From Saprolegnia diclina VS20 (taxonomy: Eukaryota): a DNA stretch of 42,186 bases. The position numbers and the translations under genes are program-made. Below the pieces are notes generated by a model. The model searched no databases. It saw nothing but the letters and a program-made list of their open reading frames with translations, and was not told the DNA's origin. Shown piece after piece: positions 12,001 through 22,413 of this stretch (its first letter is position 1; every line of letters starts with the position of its first letter). Location: contig NW_008246179.1 in the NCBI RefSeq assembly GCF_000281045.1, positions 1 through 42,186 on the forward strand, written 5' to 3'.

Positions 12001-15000
12001 AAACCCGGCTTCGAGACGAATGTCGCCGCCCGTGTCGACCTTGTTCATACCTTTTGCTGCACCGCCAAAGACATTGACGTCGCCGCCCGAGCCGCCACCA
12101 ACGTTCGTCTTGCTCGAACCTTGACCGCCGGTCACCGTCACTGTGCCACCAGACGACTTGGCCGCGGTCGACTCACCCGCCGTTAGCGAGAGCTCACCGC
12201 CATCGCCATTGTTACCCGTGCCGACTGTCGCGACAATGGCACCACCGCGACCACCGCTCGCGGCGCCCGTTGCGAGCACGATGGCACCCGTGGTGCCGGC
12301 GCTTGATGTTCCAGTTTGCACCGAGACCGTGCCACTCACACCTTCTTGACCAGCGTTTGACGTGCGAAGCGACAGGTCGCCACTCGACGTTTGAGCGCTC
12401 GCGCCAGTTGTAAACGAGAGATAACCACCCGTCTGAGCGTCCGAGGTTGCACCGGCGCGCAGGACGAGTGGCCCGCCTTCGCCGAACGTTCCGTCGCCGA
12501 CCTGGACCGTGATTGTACCGCCGCTGCCACCGATCGCGCTGCCCGAGGCAATCGAAATGGCTCCCGTGCTGCCTTGGCTCGACGTGCCTGTTGCAATCGA
12601 AACAAGGCCGCTCACGCCGCTTGTGCCCGCGTTGGCCGTTTGCAATTGGATGGAGCCACTTGTCGAGCTCTGGCCGACGCCGGACGTGAGAGAGATCGAG
12701 CCACCGTAGCCCGCGACGGCGTTGCCGCCCGTCAAAGCAACGTTGCCACCGTTGTCAGCACTGTTTTGGCCCATTGATTGGCCGCCTTGAATGTTGACGG
12801 CACCACCGTCGCCACCGTCAATAGTACTCGGGTTTGAGCCGGTACCACCAATCAAATCGATGGAGCCACCGACACGACCTTGCGTCGTCGTCTCGCCTGC
12901 CTTGACCGTCACCGAGCCGCCGTCGTTGATGTTGCCCGCGCCAACCAAGAGTTCGATGGACCCGCCGCTACCGGTTTGACCAGTACCACTCGAGAGCTGG
13001 ATACTGCCCGACGCACCGGCCACGGCTGTGCCAGTCTTGATGTTGACGTCGCCACTGAAACCTTGCGGACCCGACGACGCCGAGCCAATGGTTACGGAGC
13101 CCGAGCTGTACACGTGACTACCACCCGACATGAGCGACACGTCGCCGCCAATGCCCGCAGCGGCCGCACCACCGCTGAGTGAGAGCGCACCGCCAATGTT
13201 TTTGGTCGCTTGGCCAAGACTGGCACCACCAGAGACGTAAACCGTCCCGCCGTTGCCGCCGTCGCCGCCGTTAGTGCTCGTTCCGTCGCCGCCTTGAAGC
13301 GTGACGACACCACCGGTTGATGCTGGAGCCGACGTCGGGCCTGCCGACAGCGAGAGACTGCTGCCGTCGCCGGTATCACCGGCGCCACCTTGGACGCTAA
13401 TGGCGCCAGCTCGTCCGTTCGTGGCGCTACCCGACTGGAGAGAAATGACGCCGGCATTGCCGCCCGTCGCCGCGCCAGACCGCAGTACAATCTTGCCACT
13501 GCCGCCTGCAATACCGCTGGGCGCCGTCTGGACTTGGACATCGCCGCTTGTTGCCTGCGCCGACGCGCCGCTCATAAGAGCGACAGTGCCACCCGTGGCC
13601 AGCTGCGAGGCGCCACCCACGATAGACAAAACACCACCGAGGCCTTCGGTCGATGCGCCACTCTTCAACGTCAACTTGCCGCCATTGCCGACACCGGACG
13701 GGCTCGTGTGCAACCCACGACCTGCGCCACTTGAAATATCGATGTCGCCACCGACACCACCGTCCGTTGACAACCCGTCGCCTGCCTTGAGCGACATGGC
13801 GCCACCCTTGCCTTGAGGCGCAATTGCTGCACCCGACGCGATCGAAACCGAAACGAGCGGTTGGGGTCCGTCGCCAGACTTCAATGAGATCGCGCCGACA
13901 ATACCGCTGGTCCCCGCCGCGCCCGTTGCAACCTTGACGTCGCCCGAAGAGACGACGGCGTCGCTGGTCGACAGCGTGAGCGAGCCCGATGTTGGCGACG
14001 TTGTCGTCAAGATACGCACGTCGCCCGAGGTACCCGTCAACGAGCGGCCACTCGCGAGCGACACAGTTCCGCCCGCGTTTGTTGTACTCGCGCCCGCAGC
14101 AACGCTGACATCTGCGCCAACGCCGTTGCCACTCACACCTGCGCGAAGATCGAGACGTCCAGCTGCCGCGTTGATGGCGTCGCCCGTGTTGATGCTGACA
14201 GCGCCAGATGCACCCGTAACCGTGTTGCCCGACGCGACACGCACCGAGCCCGATGCAGCAGCCGACGATCCCGAGAGCACCAATGTGTCGCCGCTGCTGC
14301 CAAGCCGACTGGAACCAGAAATGAGTTTAAGTTTGCCGCCTTGGCCAACTTCGGCAGCGCCACCTGCCACGGACACGTCACCACCATGGCTAGCCGCAGT
14401 TGAGCGCAACGTGCGACCACCTTCAATCGACACGGCACCAGCGACACCATTGACAACGGTCATGTCCGCGCTTTGACCGGCGTCGCCACCCTTGACAAGC
14501 ACGCTGCCTGCTTGCTGACCCGCGACTGTTGACGACGCTACCACCGTAATGTTGGCACTAATGGCGGCGTTGATGTCGTTGCCGGACCCGATGCGGACCG
14601 CGCCCGCGACGGCGCCGCGCACCTTGACGCTACCCGAGCCGATGCGGACGTCGCCGCTTTTCAGCGTAGCGCCGCCGGAACCAATGACGACACGGCCCGA
14701 TGTCGAGCTGTTGCCGCCCGTTTGCAGTTGCAAGTCGCCACTGCCCAAATTGCCGTCGCCCGTCGTCACAATAGACGTGCCGCCGGTCGAGAGAGCCGAT
14801 GCTCCGCTCGTCACAATGACATTGCCGCCTGCTTGCGTCGTGTTTCCAGCCGTGGCAGCGCCACCGGCAAGCACGAGCGTGCCCGGGACGATCGCGGCGC
14901 CAACCGCGACCACGATGGAGCCCGATGCGAGTGTCGAGCCGCCCGTTTGGATGGTAATGTTGCCGGTAGCATTCCCATCAGGACCGTCGGCGGTCGCAAT

Positions 15001-16157
15001 CGCGATGACGCCCGTTGGACCCAGAATGCTCGGGCCCGAGAGCAGTCGGATCGCGCCGCCAGAGCTATTGCCGGCACCACCCGAGAGGTTGATACTGCCA
15101 CCGACTCCTTGAAGCGACGACCCGGCATTGGCGCTGACGTTGCCACCGGCGCCGGCGCCACCTAGCGCGACCTGGCCCGCACCGCTGCCGGCATTGATCG
15201 AGACTGACCCGCCGGCGCCTCGATCGGCACTCAATCCACTGCCAGCGTTGACCGAGACGTTGTGCCCCATCGTGTTGACCGTGATTGCGTCCCCGGCCGA
15301 CACTGCTACGTCGCTCGCCGCGTGCAACGCAACCTACCGATTGCACATGAGATCCAGCATCATGAATTGCAAATGCAACGTACGCGCTCGCCAACCGTAG
15401 CGTTGTAGGCATGTCCGTGGACCTCGAGGCCCGACGCGTTGGTCGTCGGGTCGGGATAGATCGTCACCACGCCCGTCACATAGTTTGTGACCTTGGTGAT
15501 CTTGATCGGGCACGGTGGCGAGGTCACGACACTGCCGCACGTCGCGTCGGACACCGCGTCCGTCGGCATGCAGGTGTTGGCCTTTGTGCACCACGCGCAC
15601 GCGCCGTCAGACGACGCGCACGCGCCGCATGTGGAATGCGCCGTGCAGTCAGGTTTGGTCGGGCACAGCGCCGGCGCCGAAAGCCACGAGTCGCAGTTGC
15701 CTGCCGTCGGACCGGCCGGACCACCGGGCTCACACAAGAGCGTTGCGAGACAAAACCCGCAGCCTTGTATGGCAGCACACGCGGCACATGACGCCATTCG
15801 CGTCCAGTACGGCTCGGTCACGTCTGGGCCCGTGTTGAAGGCGGCGCACGGGTCGGTCGCTGCCTCCGAGTACGCGCTGAGGGCACGCGCACGGGCTTCA
15901 CGAAGAACGCTCGAGCCGCCCGAGTCTGCTCCTTCGCTCGCGCTGCCACGGGCTGCGCTGCGTGGGTTGTCGCCGCCGATGGGGTACCCACCGACGGGGT
16001 GCACAAGACCACCTTGCGCTGCGACGCCGCCCACGCACGACGTCGCCCACCAAAGAACGATGCACCACCCGGTAAACCAGGGTAGCATCGCTCGCTTCTT
16101 GAAACGGGGCCCGGCCATCGCACCGATGGCCGCCTGGCGCCCGTTCTTCGTCGTCAT
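1..16157 (-). CDS. Giant secreted/surface Gly-Ser-Thr-rich repeat protein with N-terminal PSI-like modules and an internal Peptidase S74 (intramolecular chaperone) domain; 3' end lies outside the window
   Basis: Predicted exons are 16157-15384, 15333-11754, 11699-11355, 11313-10726, 10674-10133, 10084-9733 and 9679-<1. They are joined by GT-AG introns 15334-15383 (alternative donor at 15395), 11700-11753, 11314-11354, 10675-10725, 10085-10132 and 9680-9732, all of which keep the frame. The ORF track lists no stop-terminated minus ORF in the last exon's frame, which fits an open frame of ~3,226 codons. Total about 5,290 aa in the window. Repeats of the type (S/G)G-x-(V/I)-x-(L/I)-x-(S/T/A)-G occur throughout. 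Confidence 0.9.
1390..1700 (-). other. Peptidase S74 / intramolecular chaperone auto-processing (ICA/ICD) domain within the giant protein
   Basis: Manual translation gives TYPSDRRIKTEIQDVDQDDLLQRLQNIEVKQYRYSKQWQSIGHVSNEVVRGVIAQQVAETFPEYVKVGSYAFPEKNFSMQSFHHINKQALSIDLLAAMQAQYKR. It has the S-D-x-R-x-K catalytic motif (Ser codon 1689-1691, Lys codon 1674-1676), Y-x-Y, G-V-I-A-Q-x-V-x-x-x-x-P-E-x-V and a terminal helix. These are hallmarks of endosialidase/MYRF ICA domains. Confidence 0.9.
15500..15850 (-). other. Two tandem PSI-like (plexin-semaphorin-integrin) cysteine modules in exon 1 of the giant gene
   Basis: SCAACAAIQGCGFCLATLLCEPG...NCDSW...LCP and CTAHSTCGACASSDGACAWCTKANTC...TC...CP match the C-x2-C-x5/6-C-x-(W/F)-C-x5-C PSI pattern. 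They are preceded by the hydrophobic segment MLPWFTGWCIVLWWATSCVGGVAA (signal-peptide-like). Confidence 0.75.
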
Positions 16158-16966
16158 CCTTCCTTCTCTTCCTTCAGCCTACCACTCCATGAGTCATCGA
16201 CCACGTCGTTGCGCGCACGCACTGTCGATTGCTCGTCTACCAAAGTCCTCGTCAAGCTTTGTCCTTGCCTCCGACTACCAGCTGCGCTGATCTCCGGGTT
16301 GCCTGTACAATCTTGCTCTACGGTCGCCATGGCCGCACGCTCGTGGTCACACTGATCGGAAGCGCCGGATAACTGGCTTCCGCCCTTCTCATTGGCCAAA
16401 ACGGACCAATCCGCGCCCGCCGTATCTTCCCAGGTGAGATCCATGTTTCGAATTTTCGTACAATGAAGATGCTGAGCTAAACATGCACCTGATTATAATG
16501 ATAGTGGGAAGATCGTGGCATACATTGCTGCAAAAAAATGGAATTAAAATTCATGCGGGAAGGACGACGAAGACGCGGCCGAACGAGTGGCAGCCCGTGC
16601 TTGAAGTCGGCCCACAAATATGGAACGCTGCACCTTGCTTGGTCGTGCACGTTGTTTTACTATGCGGCGCCGCTTTGCAAGCCAAATAAGCTCTGAGAAT
16701 ACAATACGACGGCGAGCGGTCGTTCGAGGTGGGCCGCCCATGAGTTGTGTGGTGCCAGTGGCAAGCAAGCCAAGATAGCAAGAATACGAAAGGTTGGCAC
16801 AGTTATTACATGGTTGACAACGCAGTCGCAGGCTTTGGTGTTACGCGCGAAGTCATCTCCGTCGTGCCGTATATGCATCGATCGATCAAACCGTGCTTGC
16901 GTTGAAATCCAGCGAGGAAACCAACTCGAAGACTACGCGGACGGAGCACTGCGCCTGAATGCGTCG

Positions 16967-17634
16967 NNNNNNNNNNNNNNNNNNNNNNNNNNNNNNNNNN
17001 NNNNNNNNNNNNNNNNNNNNNNNNNNNNNNNNNNNNNNNNNNNNNNNNNNNNNNNNNNNNNNNNNNNNNNNNNNNNNNNNNNNNNNNNNNNNNNNNNNNN
17101 NNNNNNNNNNNNNNNNNNNNNNNNNNNNNNNNNNNNNNNNNNNNNNNNNNNNNNNNNNNNNNNNNNNNNNNNNNNNNNNNNNNNNNNNNNNNNNNNNNNN
17201 NNNNNNNNNNNNNNNNNNNNNNNNNNNNNNNNNNNNNNNNNNNNNNNNNNNNNNNNNNNNNNNNNNNNNNNNNNNNNNNNNNNNNNNNNNNNNNNNNNNN
17301 NNNNNNNNNNNNNNNNNNNNNNNNNNNNNNNNNNNNNNNNNNNNNNNNNNNNNNNNNNNNNNNNNNNNNNNNNNNNNNNNNNNNNNNNNNNNNNNNNNNN
17401 NNNNNNNNNNNNNNNNNNNNNNNNNNNNNNNNNNNNNNNNNNNNNNNNNNNNNNNNNNNNNNNNNNNNNNNNNNNNNNNNNNNNNNNNNNNNNNNNNNNN
17501 NNNNNNNNNNNNNNNNNNNNNNNNNNNNNNNNNNNNNNNNNNNNNNNNNNNNNNNNNNNNNNNNNNNNNNNNNNNNNNNNNNNNNNNNNNNNNNNNNNNN
17601 NNNNNNNNNNNNNNNNNNNNNNNNNNNNNNNNNN
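16967..17634. other. Assembly gap (N run)
   Basis: Run of n characters. Confidence 1.
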
Positions 17635-18114
17635 CAATCCCAGAGCTGCCGATGATGGCACTGAGAACGTCGCGTCATGGTGCTTTGGTGTGATCTCGAT
17701 ACACAGAGAACCTCTCTCGGCATTGAGCTCTAATCAAGAGGCATGCATACCTGGTCACACTCGACGAACCTGACAACGCCATACGTGGCTCCGAGTGCGT
17801 AGGACGGACAGCGGTGTACAAGCTACGGGTACCAATATCCTGGCTCGAGTCAACGCTGGCGTAGGCAGGCCGAGCGGTGCAGCGTCGTCCATGCGGTAAC
17901 CATGTTTGGTACCTTTGTTGTTGGTAGCAGAGCGCATACGCTAGCCAACAACGTCAACCCAACGTGTCCACGCCTTCGAGGCGTCGGTCAACCAACGTGC
18001 TCGTGTTTTGTGAATGGTGCGCAAGGGAAGTATGCTGCTCGCGCAAAAGTAGATTCGCTTAACTTATCATGGTTGGGTTTAAATAGGTCGGACCGCGCTC
18101 CAATCGCGCGGTGT

Positions 18115-18543
18115 TTAGGAGAGCTTGAGCGCGCTGGGCATGCGCAGCACCGTGTATTCGTCGAAGGTGGTCTTCTCAGTCTCCTCGGGGATCGTATCGA
18201 GTGCTATGCTGCTCGTCTTGTGGCGGCGGCGGTACTTGGCGCGGCGCACGTCGCGGGTCCAGTAGACGCGGTCGACCCACAGCAACGGCCAGAGGTACTC
18301 GGACCACGAGCTCGCGTCGCTCGATGCTTGAACGTTGTAGTATTTGGGCAGCTCGTCGTCAAAGTCATAGGTGTGCGGTCGCCAGAGCCACTGCGCAATG
18401 CGAAGGCCGACGTAGGCGACGAGGAGGGCGGCGCCGAGTAGGAGCGCGTGGTGCAGGCCGAGACCGTCGCGCGCCGGGCCTTCGTGGCGCGTGTGCCACG
18501 GCGCGCGGTTGAAGTAGTCCAAGAAGACCATGCTCGGATGCAT
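18115..18543 (-). CDS. Small hypothetical single-pass membrane protein (~138-142 aa)
   Basis: Intronless ORF with the same C/G-ending codon bias as the neighbouring real genes. It has the hydrophobic stretch ALLLGAALLVAYVGLRIAQWLW. The start may be MVFLDY at 18531. Confidence 0.65.
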   Translation of the reverse strand: MHPSMVFLDYFNRAPWHTRHEGPARDGLGLHHALLLGAALLVAYVGLRIAQWLWRPHTYDFDDELPKYYNVQASSDASSWSEYLWPLLWVDRVYWTRDVRRAKYRRRHKTSSIALDTIPEETEKTTFDEYTVLRMPSALKLS

Positions 18544-19984
18544 CTGAGCTCAATGGGGCAAAGTCGGTTCTGGCAGGTTCTGGCCACTTGCGTCGGCAAG
18601 CTGCGATACAATTGCGCTCTGGGTTGCCTTCCATCAACAAATCCAGTTTGGGAGGTTGGGTGAAAAACACGCTTTTCACACATGTGAGTCACGAGCCTGT
18701 GTGTTGACGTGCCAATCGACCAAGATTGCATGCAATCACTCCTTACGTTGTAGTCCAGCAGCAGCGCAAAGAGGTTTGCATGCTCACTCGCACAGACCTC
18801 GTCGGCAGATTTGTCTCTCGTACGTCCATGGTACCGGTATTGGACTGGATGTGCACTCGAGGTGTACGTGTAGAAAGGTCCACGTATCTGGTCTGCAAAC
18901 TAGTGTGATGCCACTGCAACGTGCCAACTGCAACCTTCAAGCATACCTTCAAGAGTAGTATGCCGTCAACAACAAGCCGACGAACGCCCGACAAAAGAGG
19001 AAAGTAGCTTGGTGACGGAGCCTGCTCGACCAGGAAGCGCAGCTGCAAGGGCATCACCGCATCTGATCATTGACGTACACCGTGGCCTCGGCGCGGCACT
19101 TGAATGCTAGAGACAGCCTTCATGCAGAGAAATCTAGCTGGTATCGTCAGCAGCGACGACACTGGAGGTCCCCGAAGCGTAGAGAAAAGGGTCATGCGCA
19201 GAGACCACGGTTTTCCCACGTTTTACACATGTGTGTGTTGCTTACAGCCTTATTCGATTTCCGCAGGTTGGCAGAATGATGGTGATATTTTCAGATTCCG
19301 TGAGACACTTCGCTTCTTGATTTTATTTCATACAATAAACTTATGTCATTTAATTATGCGTTTTAAATTGTTGAGGCTATCAACATTCAGCGCCAACCGC
19401 ATGCGACAGGAACCGGACGACGCTGCCGACACGTTGGTGCCATATGCACCAATGAACATCGCGGATTCAGCTCAGTGTCACATGATTGGTGCAAATGATG
19501 AGATAGCGCGCATGGATTGGTCAGTAAATCTTTTTCGAACGCCGCGAACATCAGACGACGTTTCGACACGTGCCGCAATGCGTGATGGTCCGCACGCTCA
19601 TTGGCTGAAATTCATGTACTGCGCGCGCTGATTGGCTAGCGAGTGTGGCACGCGTCGGAATGCACTTGAAGCCAAACAAGTTGCGTGCACAGAAGCTTCC
19701 CATCATCAATCAATATCACTGCAATGGTCGCCGGTGGCTGGGCTCAGAACCACCCGACTTCCGCGACGCTCTAGGAAGGTCGCGATGCTTCATAGGAGCG
19801 GTGTGCTGGAGCGGTGGGTGGGAAGTGCACCCCGTTGCAATACCGCGGACCGCACAGTCGCAGATATTTCGCTGGCCACGTCGGTCCGCACTTCGAGCGT
19901 TACGAAACGAGGGTGGATTCGGTGCGGAATGCATGGGACGCACCAGTACTGGCGGACGCATCGGTAATATATGTACCAGGCTCA

Positions 19985-20015
19985 CACCGTGTAGCAACAC
20001 CGTGTAGCAACACCG
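19985..20015. repeat. 13-bp tandem duplication (caccgtgtagcaa x2 plus partial)
   Basis: Seen directly. Confidence 0.9.
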
Positions 20016-20752
20016 GTCAGGCCTCGCCTTTCGTCACATGCGAGTCGCCCTCTGTCGCCCTCGGCACGGGGCTCACTGGGTGAGCTCTGGCTAACCGTGG
20101 AAGTATTCGCCTCCATGTATACGAGAAACTTGGATAGCTGGAGAGAGATTGAAGCTGCATCTGAGTCGAAATGACCTTTTTGTCAGCTCCTTCGTATTAC
20201 AACTTGTAGCGCTGCTTCGGGCGTTTCTGAGTCGATGCAGCCTCCCAAGGTCGAGCACGTAAAAGTTGTGATCGTGAGCGAGCGGTAGAATGGCTCCTGA
20301 AATGCACCAACCATTCAACTAATGTTAAAGCCAAACAACGGCGACCGACCTCGCATAACGGCGGTGCGCAATATTGTGGTATGAGGAGTCGAGCGAAGAG
20401 TACAAACAACATATCGAGCATGTGCTGGGGAGGCATTGGTACACGCCACCATAGCCAAGAACACTGTCGAGTACTACAAGCTGGGAAGCTGCGCTCCCAA
20501 GCCGGTATATCTTTTCTACTCTCTGCTCGAATCTATGACTGAAGTATGCCCTTAGTCAAGTTCATCGTATGCAGCATAGTCAGTCTAGGTTCGTCTTCTG
20601 TCGTATTTCTTTCCAATGATCACTTTCAGTTTTGCCTTCACTCGACCACTCGGTCTTGTCCAAGGTTTTGCACGCTTCCTCATCGCGCAGTAGCAGTGTC
20701 CACTGGAGACGTCCCAGGGCCACTCGTTCCATCTCACTTGGTGTGTTCGCGT

Positions 20753-21000
20753 GCATACGAACCTGCCGCACTGGCTCGTCTTGCTGTCGTATTTGAACGC
20801 GTACCGTCGTATCCACGGCCACTACGGCGTGCCCATCGACTTCATCGTTTTGCCTGGCACCGCGGGTGGGAGCTCTAACACTTCGGCCCGCGGTACCAGG
20901 CGAAACGACATAGTCAATGGGCACGCGGCAGTGGCTATGGATACGGCGATACGCGTTCAAATATGACATCAAGATGGACCAGTGCGGCAGGTTTGTGTGC
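20753..21000. repeat. Imperfect inverted repeat (~114-bp arms, ~20-bp spacer) made of two paralogous HA-repeat coding fragments
   Basis: 20753-20866 (+) encodes HTNLPHWLVLLSYLNAYRRIHGHYGVPIDFIVLPGTAG. 21000-20887 (-) encodes HTNLPHWSILMSYLNAYRRIHSHCRVPIDYVVSPGTAG. Identity is roughly 80% by eye. Confidence 0.9.
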
Positions 21001-21850
21001 GGCTCCAAGATGTGGACGCGGCGGCAAATGTCATCATCGAGCACGTAAAGCTGCGATCGCAGCCACGGGATGATGGACACAAGCAAGACGCCCCGCGCGG
21101 CCCGCGGCCAAATTTTGGCGTTTCTTGGGACGACATGGACGTCCGTCATCTCTTCGAATCTGCCGATGCAGCGGCGGTACACTTCAAGCGCCTCGACTTG
21201 CGTCTCCCAGGGCACAAACGTGTTGGCTTCGTCACCTTGGCTGTTGCGCGTCGTGCAGCGCCATTATACTTCTTTACACGCCCAGTTGTGGCCGAGGCAG
21301 TCCAGGACGCAGACGTCATCATCGTCGAGGACCGAGCGTGATTTCCGCACACTCCAAAAACCTCGCCGAGGGGCTGTGAACCTTGCGACGCCGGTGTCAC
21401 CAAGTCCGACGGTACGTCGCAGTCGCCGTGCATCGCGCGGTACGCTGGCAGCGCTTCGACAGTCGACTTTAGCAGCCCTGCCATCTTTCCATTGTGTTGG
21501 GTCTAGCTCCGCACCGAGGCGCAAGGACCATCGTTCGCTAGGCAAGCTCATTACGCTTCTAAATGCGTACGCGCTTATCCTGACGTCCACTTTGGTACCT
21601 CAAACGAGTATTTGCACACCGTCTTGTGGTCCTCGTTCAGCGTTCGAGATGCGCGTGGTCCGTACCACCGCAAAGCGGTAGCACAAAACTGGATGCCGGC
21701 AGCAAACAACGCGTTGTCGATGCGCGATGTACGCTGCGTTTGCGACGGAACAAGTACCTCGCGCACTTGGGCGCAATTCAAATTCCCGAGGAGGCGATGC
21801 TGGTGACCATAGACCGTGGCGCAGTCGAGGCGCGTCCTGCAATGTAGTTA
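20880..21850 (-). pseudogene. Degenerate gene of the helicase-associated (HA)-like repeat family
   Basis: Fragments in different minus frames: VEALPAYRAMHGDCDVPSDLVTP, VLDDDDVCVLDCLGHNW, QVEALEVYRR...VVPRNAKIWPRAARGVLLVSIIPWLR and YLNAYRRIHSHCRVPIDYVV. They resemble the AL-x-x-Y-R-x-x-HG-x-C-x-VP...WP...LG...L-x-x-LG-x-x-W HA repeat. They are interrupted by frameshifts and stops. Confidence 0.65.
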
Positions 21851-22413
21851 TCTGCATGTCAAATGGATAGGACGACTCATTTTACATTGAATTGGCACAT
21901 GCATCGGCTGAAGTGTCGAATGCCATTGCATCAGCGTCCTCCGCTCAAGAGGTCGGCGTTGCTGCCAGGCTCAGTCCACGCCAAGGCTGCCATCGGCGCC
22001 TTCGACCACCCAACATGCTCGCGTCATTGTTTCTGTTGCAGACCGCGACGACTGCATACGAGATCGGCTCGACGGTTGCAACGCGACTTGGCTGCGTCGA
22101 CGAGGTTGAAGCCAATCGCGCGTGCCCTCGCAGGCCTCGACTGTACCTACTACTATTCACATCCGCGGCTATATGCATGTGATATGTGATGCGCAGCAGC
22201 CTCCTTCAGTACCTTCAAGAACTTCGAGATGGCCAGGAACAGTCAAGAAGGGAGCTTCTTGGTAGGTTTCGCCGCCTATCATGGCTCATCACTGCCCACC
22301 GTTTGTCACTCGGCGTGTGGGGTTTTGCATGCGTCGCCTCAAGGGATTAGCCCTTGGCGATGACGTTTTCCCCACACACACACTAGACCAGCGAGAGCCG
22401 AGTCGCACACCCA

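Noticed and set aside
1..15400. Dozens of plus-strand Pro/Ala/Val-rich ORFs and Arg-rich minus-strand ORFs
   Set aside because: They are antisense or off-frame shadows of the giant Gly-rich minus-strand gene; GGC/GGT codons read as CCG/CCA on the other strand.
1..16157. Bacterial autotransporter, PE-PGRS or prophage/contaminant interpretation of the Gly-rich gene
   Set aside because: The gene has spliceosomal introns like its neighbours, PSI-like modules and host-like codon usage, and no other phage genes are nearby.
16745..17773. ORFs containing long X runs (also 39463-40024)
   Set aside because: Artefacts of translating through N gaps.
18700..20500. Possible transposase remnant or genes in the intergenic stretch
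   Set aside because: Only short ORFs without codon bias or a recognisable catalytic motif; I cannot support a call.
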